Positions 41,363 through 57,728 of a stretch of 64,000 bases of DNA are shown here, one piece after another (position 1 is the first letter of the stretch; every line of letters begins with the position of its first letter). This stretch comes from Amoebidium appalachense (taxonomy: Eukaryota > Protista > Ichthyosporea). A program made the translations under genes and the position numbers. The stretch spans positions 4,319,264 to 4,383,263 of the forward strand of contig CAVNZM010000006.1 in assembly GCA_963693365.1 (NCBI GenBank). Reading direction: 5' to 3'. Under the pieces are notes generated by a model that worked only from the letters and a program-made list of their open reading frames with translations, ran no database searches and had not been told where the DNA came from.

Positions 41363-41473
41363 GCTGTGTCAGACTGACCCCAGGTGGCCGTGTGTGCTCC
41401 TTTTATACCTGCGCGTGGCGCCCTCAGTCGTGCTGAGGGCAGGTTGGTGCTTATCCATTGAAATGTCTTGGGG
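41048..41473. repeat. About 425-bp near-identical direct repeat of 39336-39763
   Basis: Direct sequence match including promoter and upstream DNA. Confidence 0.9.
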
Positions 41474-41784
41474 AATCGCCAAATCTCAAAAGCCTCATGT
41501 TCAGGCTTTTGGTTTCTACTTCGTCATCAAAGTTACGTCTCACGTAATCACTCGCCGCATGTCTATCCAGATCACGCACCAACATCGTATAATCAATAAG
41601 ACTGGCATATTCTACTCCTTCACACACGGGGCTGGGGGGGCTGGGGGGGGGCTGGGGGTGCCTCGCCTGCCTCGCCTGCCTCGCGCGGGGTGTGTTCGTG
41701 CTTCCTTTATTGTTCCTCGTGTGCCCCCCACAGCCCCCCACAGCCACCCCCAGCCACCCGCGCCCCGGGGGAGGTGTCACGCCA

Positions 41785-42210
41785 TCAACGCCCGGACTTC
41801 CGAGCCTCTGGCGCAGCGGCGGGTGCCGTGTGCACGGGTGGGGGGGCACTGTGGGGCCCAACCGGAAACAGCCCGTACAGGATGTCCTCCTCGCACGTCA
41901 CCATGATCTCGTGCTTGTCCATGATCCTCATGGCGTGCGCGATGGTTTCGGCGGGCACGGGCGGGCCGTGGTTGAACAGGTGCACGCGCATGTCCTTGTC
42001 GGGGTGGAAGTGGTGGTTCGCCAGCACGTTCGCCATGGCGGTCTTCCAGTCGGCCAGCTGCTCGACCTGGACGATCTGGTGGTCCGTCAGCACGTCGATG
42101 CGCCCGACCTTGGTGAGCGTGTCCTCGACGCCTTCCAGCCAGTCGGCCAGCTCGTATACGACCATGTTCCGTGCAAACTCAAGCTCGGTGTCCGTCATCA
42201 CATACCGCAC
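41785..42210 (-). CDS. 'GRIDxLT' PD-(D/E)XK-like nuclease-domain protein, paralog 1
   Basis: GRIDVLTDHQIVQV..LADWKTAMANVL. Confidence 0.65.
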   Translation of the reverse strand: MRYVMTDTELEFARNMVVYELADWLEGVEDTLTKVGRIDVLTDHQIVQVEQLADWKTAMANVLANHHFHPDKDMRVHLFNHGPPVPAETIAHAMRIMDKHEIMVTCEEDILYGLFPVGPHSAPPPVHTAPAAAPEARKSGR

Positions 42211-42533
42211 ACATAAAATTCGCGTGCCGCCCCAACCGGGTTACCCATTGACAATCACACATCGCACTTTCGACCTTGTGTGGGCGCCCGACAATGTTGC
42301 GGCGCGTGGGGGGCTGGGCGGGGCTGGGGGGGGCTGGGGGTGCCTCGCGTGCCTCGCGTGCCTCGCATGCCTCGCGCGCGGGGTGGGTGTGTGGTTCCTT
42401 TATTGGTCCTTGTGTGCCCCCCACAGACACCCCCAGCCACCCAGGAGGGGGGGGGAGGAGGCATGCGATAACATCAATGCCTGGATTTCTGATTTCCAAG
42501 ATTCTAAGCCGTTATACTGTTTTCGACCACCAC

Positions 42534-42806
42534 GGTGTAGAGTCTGTAACCGTGTAGAGGGAAGTTTCAACTCCGTCCCAAAATGGAAAATCTCCATAGC
42601 AACACCACCCAGCAACCAATCAGAGCCCTCCAAACCTCCCCTCCCAGCCAATTTATTTCTCTATACACACCCTCTACAAATAAGAAAAGTATGTTACAAA
42701 AGTTACAATGGTTGATTTTGGAAAATTGCTGTGTTTTGATTGGTTGGTTTCTCCCTCTACGTAACGTTACGGTAACGTTACCCCTCTACAGAGCATGTTA
42801 CGTAGA
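42534..42806. repeat. Iteron-like array of GTAAC/GTTAC and TGTAGAGGG/CCCTCTACA motifs with nested palindromes
   Basis: gtaacgttac at 42761 and 42772; tctacgtaac/gttacgtaga inverted pair. Confidence 0.6.
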
Positions 42807-42973
42807 ACAAATACAGTCACACACCCACGAGTGCTCGGTCAAGGGTGTAGCAGCGAGTTATCCCCGAAGCAGATTTGCATGAAGCTAAAGTCGCTACACA
42901 CGAAGCTAAACCGAGACCATGTTTCACTAATAGAAATCCACTTTTTAGCTACTTTTTACTATGAACACCACAA

Positions 42974-44977
42974 CTATTTATATGCCTGTATCTGTTTGAA
43001 ATCAATGGCATATGCATGTGCCCTGTTGCTGGACCCATGGCTTTGTCCAATAACTATATGGCTAGGATTGACGAGTCTCCGGGGTCCCAGAACCTTGGTC
43101 AACATTGAACCCAGCCTGTTGATACTGACAACTCTCCGGCCATCGTAACCGTTGGCATCTGCCCATTGACGCATATGTTCTGCCAACCCCTGCGTTGTAG
43201 CATAGGCCCCATCTCCGATGCCTAGGTCAACTGCTGCATCACCAGCATTTGCAACGTCGCGGAGAAACTGGAGCTCCAAGGGCAAGCTCTTCTCCATTAG
43301 CTCTCGCCGGAGGCTTGTGTCGGGAGGGACTTCAAGAGTGGATTTCACGCCTGGTAGATCAACCAAGTAGTGGAAAAGTGCTTGTAGGACATCTGTTCGT
43401 TTGTAATAATCGATGAATGCAGTGTAGTACTCACGCTGCCCAATGCGCATTCCACTAGCCTCGAGGCACATGTAGCGTCGGTCACTCTGCTCAACTCGCA
43501 CAGCCCAATCCTCATTGGTCAAAAAGGCGTAGCGCTCGTAGGTGCGTGTGTGGACACCATCCACTCCCTTCTTCTCCAAGATGGCATCCTCTTGCGTGAT
43601 GAGCGCTTTCAGTATGTTGTTGACTTCGTGACAGCCACCAAATGTACATTCATCGACAACGGCCAGGAGCTTGTGCATGAGGTGTGCATTAAACTTGCTT
43701 GAAAGATGGTCTTTGTTTTTGATTGAGGCACTGTAATTCTCGCCAATCAAGCGTTGAACTACCTCAAACCACGTATTCTTACCAGCCCCTTGTGCAGACT
43801 TCACAAGGATCGCTGTGCCTGGTTTGGTAGCTGGGTGCTGGAATATATGAGCGGTCCAGCGTAACAGATACGAAAAAGCATCTTCGTTACCGTTTGCTAA
43901 TATCTCATACGCATGACGTACGAACATTTCAGCAGGATGTCCCGAATAGAGCCCATACTTTTCCAACAGCTCATCGGTCATCAAAACCCCACTGCGATTC
44001 GGAAGGATGGGTGGTACGATGCATCTGGGTCCGGTGTAGTTGAATGCCGAGTCGTACTTGAACCGAAGCCCTCGAAAAATGTTAAAAACTCGGCGTTCAC
44101 CATGTAGATAGGCTTCCTTGACGAGGTTTGTTTTGGGGTTGGGGGATTCTGGATCAAAGACAGCTAAAACGTAAGTTGGGATCTCGCCATTCATGAAGTC
44201 GACACCCGTGTACCTTTTCTCCGTATCCCTGTCGATGTACTCCACACTAAACCGTTGAATCGAGTTTCGCATATCGTCCTTCGATAAAGTTCTGAGTTCA
44301 TAGACCTGCCTCTCAGGGGACCATTGCTTCAGGATGTAGAGGCTTGTTCCGTTAACATATGCAGCCCATTTGCTCAGATAGGCGACCAGACCACTACGCC
44401 CCCAATCCGAACCAATGATGCGTGGTAGAAACGGCATGCGGTTGGGGGGCTCGCTGTCCTCTCTTTCCAACTCGTCAAAGATGGATCGCTCGGGTGTAAA
44501 GTCCATCATGGTTGTGTCACATGTCGGAGAGGACTTGGCTTCAGTGGGTTGTGTCTCTTTGCCGTAGATGGAGGTGAAGGCCCCGGCGGTGTTCCAACGC
44601 ATCACACTCCCAGAGTTCCAATCACGAATGGAGTTGACGATAACACGGTTGGCCTTCGAAAATCTTTCGGACGCCCAGGCCGTCATGGCTGCTCGGTCAG
44701 GTCCAGGGGGCTGATGCCTTGCATTGCACTCCAAATGAGCAGTTTTGGTCCGCTTTGTCAAGCATGTGCGGATTTCACCATATGAGGTTCCAAATGTTGT
44801 TTGAATTGACTTGAAAAGATCGTCGTGGTCAAAGGGCTCGCCATCCACACGCATTTCTCGTTCACCAGTAGGGGCATAGACAGCAAGGTACCAATCCTGA
44901 CAGCGCCGTCTCAGACTTGTTCCTTCCACAGCCTGCGGGGGAGGCTCGGCGCCTTCACAGCATACTGTAGGTTCCAT
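42974..44977 (-). CDS. D5-like superfamily-3 helicase with C-terminal winged-helix domain
   Basis: FNIFRG, YLLRWTAHIFQHP..KPGTAIL, Walker A QGAGKNT, FNAHL..KLLAVVDE (Walker B), FLTN..AVRVEQSDRRY. Confidence 0.88.
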   Translation of the reverse strand: MEPTVCCEGAEPPPQAVEGTSLRRRCQDWYLAVYAPTGEREMRVDGEPFDHDDLFKSIQTTFGTSYGEIRTCLTKRTKTAHLECNARHQPPGPDRAAMTAWASERFSKANRVIVNSIRDWNSGSVMRWNTAGAFTSIYGKETQPTEAKSSPTCDTTMMDFTPERSIFDELEREDSEPPNRMPFLPRIIGSDWGRSGLVAYLSKWAAYVNGTSLYILKQWSPERQVYELRTLSKDDMRNSIQRFSVEYIDRDTEKRYTGVDFMNGEIPTYVLAVFDPESPNPKTNLVKEAYLHGERRVFNIFRGLRFKYDSAFNYTGPRCIVPPILPNRSGVLMTDELLEKYGLYSGHPAEMFVRHAYEILANGNEDAFSYLLRWTAHIFQHPATKPGTAILVKSAQGAGKNTWFEVVQRLIGENYSASIKNKDHLSSKFNAHLMHKLLAVVDECTFGGCHEVNNILKALITQEDAILEKKGVDGVHTRTYERYAFLTNEDWAVRVEQSDRRYMCLEASGMRIGQREYYTAFIDYYKRTDVLQALFHYLVDLPGVKSTLEVPPDTSLRRELMEKSLPLELQFLRDVANAGDAAVDLGIGDGAYATTQGLAEHMRQWADANGYDGRRVVSINRLGSMLTKVLGPRRLVNPSHIVIGQSHGSSNRAHAYAIDFKQIQAYK

Positions 44978-45018
44978 TATCTATAGGATGAGAAAAAAAA
45001 AATCGGCAGGCGGTTGTA

Positions 45019-45262
45019 AGTGAACCACTTGAACCACCTGAACCACTGAACCAGGGGGGTAAATCACCCCCTCCAGAAATATACTCGAGGTTGGTGTTTG
45101 TGTCTGTTCTCTGCTGGATTACAAAAACAGTGGTTCAGAGTGGTTCAAGTGGTTCACTCTATTAGAATTGGGTCGAAATGTCAAGTTTTATTATGAGAAA
45201 TCGGAAAACCGCGAACCACTGCGAACCACTGACCGGCAGTATGAAAAGATGTAGTGGTTCAG
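45019..45262. repeat. GAACCAC iteron array with a 19-bp perfect inverted repeat
   Basis: agtgaaccacttgaaccac (45019-45037) vs gtggttcaagtggttcact (45140-45158); about 10 GAACCA(C) copies in both orientations. Confidence 0.85.
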
Positions 45263-45418
45263 CCCTTCTTTTTGTTATTATCAGTTACAATGATCAGCAA
45301 GTGTGGATCCGACCAAGAGAGAGTAGTAGTACAGACTGGCACATTTTGGATGTGTTGCTTCCTTTTATACCTTTGAGGTGGGGTGTGAATGTTGAGATTT
45401 TTTCTGTGACCTACAACG

Positions 45419-46099
45419 ATGGCCACCTACAACGAGGCGTTCGTCAGAGACAGATTGGCACGGATTGAGGGGGGGAAACGCGAAGTGGTGACCCCTGCCG
45501 GCCGGATCGACCTGCTCACAGACACGGACATCATCGAGGTCAAGCGCGCACCACAGTGGAAGGCCGCTATGGGACAGGTGCTGGCGTACATGAAGTACTA
45601 CCCCAGCCACCGACCACGGGTCCATCTGTTTGACTACGCACCAGCGGATGTGTACAAAACAGCAATCGAAACAATGACATCCTTCAACATACTAGTGACA
45701 TTGTAACCTGATACTATGCAGCTCGTGTGGGGCAAACGACCAACACCCCCCAGACCACAGCCTGATTCTATTCCGGCGGAGGTTCAGTTTTTGAAGGACA
45801 TGGCAAACGGATACGGTGTTACAGTACCGCAACTGGTGGGAGGGGAGATGTGGGTGACGACTGGAGGGATGTTGGAGCTGATGCGCACCTGGGCAAGCGC
45901 AAGGGGGATGGGTACAGAACTTCGGGTGGGATCCAAGAGGTTGGGTTCATGCCTCAGGAAGGTTCTTGGGGATCGTGCCTCGGTCAGCTCGGATATGGTG
46001 AAGATAGGGAACCCCACATCGGAAAGAACAATGGCGTACCATTTCAACAAAAGCAAGGTCTTGGACTTTGATGCAAGTTTTCTGGTCAATGATCAATGA
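45419..46099 (+). pseudogene. 'GRIDxLT' nuclease fused to a D5-type winged-helix domain, interrupted by in-frame TAA at 45704-45706
   Basis: NILVTL*PDTMQLVWG aligns with paralog NITLTTEEDTLQLIWG; 45716-46099 is homologous to the helicase C-terminus. Confidence 0.7.
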
Positions 46100-46185
46100 A
46101 ATGACCCCGCCGGGGGGTGGCTTGGGTGGCATGCGAGGCTTGGAGGGCACGCGAGGCCCGCGTTTTTTCTGCGCACCGTGTAGGA

Positions 46186-46541
46186 TGTCTGCGGTAGGCT
46201 ACGACGAGGCGTTCGTGCGCGAGCGGCTGGCCGCGCTCGAGGACGGGGTGTGCGAGGTGCGCACACGGGCCGGCCGGATCGACGTGCTGACGAGCACGCA
46301 GGTCATCGAGGTCCAGCGCGCGTCGCAGTGGAAGACGGCGATCGGAAACGTGCTCGCATACAGCCACTACTACCCCGACCGCCAACCGAGGATCCACCTG
46401 TTCGACTATGCGCCGGCAGACGTGTACAGGATTGCCGTGCAAACCATCACGTCGCTCAACATCACGCTTACAACCGAAGAGGACACGTTGCAGCTGATTT
46501 GGGGGGACGAAGCGGGCAAAGACGTAAAAGACGAAAAATAA
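46186..46541 (+). CDS. 'GRIDxLT' nuclease-domain protein, paralog 3
   Basis: EAFVRERLA...GRIDVLT...IEV.RA.QWK.AIG.VLAY..YYP...PRIHLFDYAPADVY. Confidence 0.7.
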
Positions 46542-46633
46542 ATAAAGAAGCCATGGGCAAAAAGTCAAAGCAGCGCAGAGTTGGCCAATAAACGGTCAAA
46601 GCTAGCGCGAAGTAGTGAATATTCAACGAAGCT

Positions 46634-46703
46634 AGCGCACACGGTAATAGCGCTCATGACCCTACTCTCAAACAACACAGGTGCAAGCGCACGCATATCC
46701 CCC

Positions 46704-46734
<31 letters not shown>

Positions 46735-46861
46735 ACACACACCCACACAAAGCGCCCGGTGATAGCGCTCATGCCTCTTCTCTCACACAACACATGTGGA
46801 AGCGCCCGGTGATAGCGCTCTTGCGCCTACACTCAAACATAACAGGTGCAAGCACACGCAT

Positions 46862-46894
<33 letters not shown>

Positions 46895-47345
46895 ACCCCC
46901 CCCCTCCCCCCACACACGCACAAACACAAAGCGCCCGGTAATAGCGCTCATGCCCCTTCTCTCAAACAACACATGTGGAAGCGCCCGGTGATAGCGCTCA
47001 CAACCCTGCTCTCAAACAACACATGTGGAAGCGCCCGGTGATAGCGCTCATGACCCTACTCTCAAACAACACATGTGCAAGCGCACGCATTGGACCCCCC
47101 CCCCCCCCCCCCCCCCCTCCCCCCCACACACACACACACACACACACATGCACACGGTGGCTGCGTATCACTGTGCGCTTGCACCTGTGTTGTTTGAGAG
47201 TAGGGTCATGAGCGCTATCACCGTGCGCTTGCACCTGTGTTGTTGGAGAGTAGGGTCATGAGCGCTATCACCGTGCGCTTGCACCTGTGTTGTTGGCGAG
47301 TAGGGTCAATGACATGATCGCTATCACCATACCCTTGCTCATGAG
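46634..47345. repeat. About 50-bp minisatellite, direct then inverted copies, with poly-C/(CA)n
   Basis: gatagcgctcatgaccctactctcaaacaacac forward; reverse-complement copies from about 47165. Confidence 0.85.
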
Positions 47346-47426
47346 CGCCCCCCCCCCCCCCCCCCAAACCCTCCTCCCATCTACCCGCACAACCCCAACC
47401 CCACATTATATCGTGCACCGGGTAAC

Positions 47427-47819
47427 ATGGACGCTGGCGCACCCCTTCCCCCACCCAGCCCATTCGCACCCCCTCCCCCGATCCGCACAAGCCCGCGCAG
47501 CACCCCCGGGCCCTCACCCATCCTATTGGCCATCCTGGCCGGCCTGATCCTCTACGTGCTCTGGGACACGTTCAGCCCACGTGTGCGGCGGCGCCTGGCA
47601 GTGCTCAAGTGCCAGCGCGCGTGCCCAATGTGTGCCAGCTGCGGCAGCTGCGTTCCCCGCCGCAAGTGTGCGCACTGCCCCCGCTGCCACGTGTGCGGTG
47701 CCAGCCCCGCCCGGTGCGCACAGTGCCCCGCATGCACGCGCTGCCCGCCCGAGCAGAAGTGCCCGGCGTGCCCCACGTGTGCGCATGCGCCTGCGGTGGT
47801 GATCAAGGAGCGCACTTGA
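47427..47819 (+). CDS. TM-anchored Cys-rich (CxxC repeat) protein
   Basis: ILLAILAGLILYVLW followed by many CxxC; virus-like GC3. Confidence 0.65.
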   Translation: MDAGAPLPPPSPFAPPPPIRTSPRSTPGPSPILLAILAGLILYVLWDTFSPRVRRRLAVLKCQRACPMCASCGSCVPRRKCAHCPRCHVCGASPARCAQCPACTRCPPEQKCPACPTCAHAPAVVIKERT

Positions 47820-47855
47820 AGGGTTGGGGGGGCAGAGATTTTTGTGGCATAGAGT

Positions 47856-48122
47856 ATGGCGTACCGATGGGAGTACAAGCTGAAGGAGGAGCCCGGCAAG
47901 GCACCCGTGGTGCAGGCAACTATTGTGCCGACCGAGGCCACCACCCGGCGGACGCAGATGGAGCAACGAGCATACGCACAAGAGCTTGCGGAAAAGGGCT
48001 ATATAGATCTGCCCGATGAGTTGGCGGAGAAGTGTGGATTCAAGAAGTGGGTGCCGAAGAATCAACGACAGACAGCAATTGTACTGCAGAAGATGATGGA
48101 GCCTGAGGATGCCAAAGGATGA
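47856..48122 (+). CDS. Small hypothetical protein
   Basis: Clean 88-aa ORF. Confidence 0.55.
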   Translation: MAYRWEYKLKEEPGKAPVVQATIVPTEATTRRTQMEQRAYAQELAEKGYIDLPDELAEKCGFKKWVPKNQRQTAIVLQKMMEPEDAKG

Positions 48123-48267
48123 ATGGACTCACATCACAAACACGGAAAATGTAAATGACGAGAGAATCTGTTGGGATGTTTAATTTTGATGAGCTGGAGT
48201 CTATCTCCCCCCCCCCCTCCCCCCTCCCCTACACCGTTCAATGAAAACTTGGTAGCATGTGTATCAT

Positions 48268-48463
<196 letters not shown>

Positions 48464-48723
48464 ACAATGTACGTGCCAGTGTGCTTGTACACAGATTGAA
48501 AAGGAGACTTGGGGTATATTAAATGGAGTCTCTCCCGCTACCACGGGCAAATACATTCAATAATCATTACGGAAACTTGGTACTGTTACCGGGCAAATAC
48601 AATATACATGAAAATTTGGATAAGATTGAAGCAGATCACATTCGAATAAACATTACAGAAAACTTGGTATGAAAACTTTGTACCACGTCTTTCCTCCACC
48701 ACACCCATCACAAACCCTTACTA

Positions 48724-49032
48724 GTAAGATGTGAATGTGGGGCCTACCCGCCGCCACCACCACAACTACGTTTCCCCCACTGCACCCACCACAAACCCTA
48801 AGTAAGATGTGAATGTGGGGCCTACCCGCCGCCACCACCACAACTACGTTTCCCCCACTGCACCCACCACAAACCCTAAGTAAGATGTGAATGTGGGGCC
48901 TACCCGCCGCCACCACCACAACTACGTTTCCCCCACTGCACCCACCACAAACCCTAAGTAAGATGTGAATGTGGGGCCTACCCGCCGCCACCACCACAAC
49001 TACGTTTCCCCCACCGCACCCACCACAAACCA
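48724..49032. repeat. 78-bp tandem repeat x4
   Basis: gtaagatgtgaatgtggggcc starts at 48724, 48802, 48880, 48958. Confidence 0.92.
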
Positions 49033-49040
49033 TGTGTGGT

Positions 49041-55564
<6,524 letters not shown>

Positions 55565-55566
55565 GT

Positions 55567-55569
<3 letters not shown>

Positions 55570-55631
<62 letters not shown>

Positions 55632-55950
55632 GTGTGTGTGAACTACCAGCGCTGGTGCCAGAGCTCGTGTGTGTGGCGCTATGTTATGTTCCCGTGTCTA
55701 GTCTGCAATTTGTATGTTTAAAATGGGGTGTGTGTGTGTGTGTGTGTGTGTGAACTACCAGCGCTGGTGCCAGAGCTCGTGTGTGTGGCGCTATGTTATG
55801 TTCCCGTGTCTAGTCTGCAATGTGTATGTTTAAAATGGGGTGTGTGTGTGTGTGTGTGTGTGTGTGAACTACCAGCGCTGGTGCCAGAGCTCGTGTGTGT
55901 GGCGCTATGTTATGTTCCCGTGTCTAGTCTGCAATTTGTATGTTTAAAAT

Positions 55951-55983
<33 letters not shown>

Positions 55984-56182
55984 CTACCAGCGCTGGTGCC
56001 AGAGCTCGTGTGTGTGGCGCTATGTTATGTTCCCGTGTCTAGTCTGCAATTTGTATGTTTAAAATGGGTGTGTGTGTGTGTGTGTGTGTGTGTGAACTAC
56101 CAGCGCTGGTGCCAGAGCTCGTGTGTGTGGCGCTATGTTATGTTCCCGTGTCTAGTCTGCAATGTGTATGTTTAAAATGGGT
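55570..56182. repeat. About 115-bp tandem repeat x5 with (GT)n, immediately upstream of the demethylase ATG
   Basis: gaactaccagcgctggtgccagagctcg...tttaaaatggg units. Confidence 0.92.
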
Positions 56183-57349
56183 CGGGAAAACGTGAAGGAA
56201 TTAGACCTGTCTGTATTGACTGAAAAGGGGCAGCTGAAAGCGTGATTTGCACAGATTAGCAGGTCTGTGTTCTCGTTAGTTTTTTTTTTTTTTGTTTGTT
56301 ATGACTCTGTCCTGTCACAACGAATGTTACACGAACTGATCAGTGTGGCGCACTTCAACTAAATCACGTCATTGAAATGATGGCTGGCCAATCAATCGTT
56401 ATCTAGTTTGGCCAATGGAATGTGTGCTTGGCGCGTGTACGTGATACTATTGGCAACTTAAAATCGTTTCACCGACCCGTGGTTCATCCGAAACCCTTCC
56501 GCGAAGCGAAAATTGTGGGCTGATTAATATTATAACTTAGCTGCAATAAATATAAGATACCCCAAGATGATTTATTTATACACTTTTCTATACAAAAATA
56601 TGCTTGGAAATTTGTGTGGAAAGCGTTTTGTCAAACCAATCCCCCAGTGCCCGATCGCGTTGATCCAACCTCTATCCACCAATCACCGAATTAATCGTGT
56701 GCACCCCCAAGATGATTTATTTATACACTTTTCTATACAAAAATATGCTTAGAAATTTGTGTGGAAAGCGTTTTGTCAAACCAATCTCCGAGAAGCCTTG
56801 AGGGTTCATCGTATTAAATGGCTAATCATGGCCGACACACGTTTGCCAAAAATACCAGTGCCCGATCGCGTTGATCCAAACCTCTATCCACCAATCACCG
56901 AATTAATCGTGTGCACATCACACATAAACGTGATAACTGACTTATCAGTCACTTTATATTAATAGTAGTACCGACCCTCGCTCACCAGGACCCTTTCGTG
57001 AAGCAAGTAATTTTGTTATATACCCCAATATAAAATTTCCAAACAAAACAAAATAAATTTATACACTTTTAATACAAACATTTGCCTGAAACTGCGTTTT
57101 GAAAGCGTTATATTAATCCGGTCCGTTAAGAGTCATGGCGCGCTTGGCCAATCAGATTGTGCCATACAGACATTCGCGCTCTCACGTGGATCCAATACTT
57201 ATACACCAATCAGAAGTGTTCGGAAAAAAGGGTCCCGCGCTGGATACAAATGGCTTGGTGTGTGTGTGTGTGTGTTTCATTTTGCATTGTGTAAGAGGCA
57301 CTTTTTTTTTTGTTCACACTGCTTTACTTCGTGTAAATAATCAGTGACG

Positions 57350-57712
57350 AGTTTTTTTAATTCACGGTGTGTTTGCGCATCATAGAATTTTGCTTTATTT
57401 TGCACTGTGTAAAAGGGACGTTTTTTTTTTTTGGGTCACACTGCTTTGCTTCGTAAAAATAAGAGGGACGTTTTTTTTTTTTTTTTGGTTCACACTGCTT
57501 TGCACGGGTTTTTTTTCAGTTCACGGTGTGTTTGCGCATCATAGAATTTTGCTTTATTTTGCATTGTGTAAAAGGGACGTTTTTTTGGGTCACACTGCTT
57601 TGCTTCATAAAAATAAGAGGGACGTTTTTTTTTTTTGGTTCACACTGCTTTGCACGGGTTTTTTTTAGTTCACGGTGTGTTTGCGCATGATAGAATTTTG
57701 CTTCACTTTGCT
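57350..57712. repeat. T-rich tandem repeat, about 160 bp x2.3
   Basis: ttcacggtgtgtttgcgcat.atagaattttgc at about 57361, 57520 and 57669. Confidence 0.85.
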
Positions 57713-57728
57713 TCTTGTGACAATAATC

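Noticed and set aside
33928-45706. TAA reassignment (alternative genetic code) suggested by two in-frame TAA codons
   Set aside because: TAA is the genuine stop of many intact genes (e.g. at 61, 2840, 6491, 23133, 31516), and the two sites imply different residues (Tyr vs Glu).
48724-49032. aaaccctaa as a eukaryotic telomere repeat (also cccta in the 15-bp terminal unit)
   Set aside because: Only one copy per longer unit and never in tandem, so not a telomerase-type tract.
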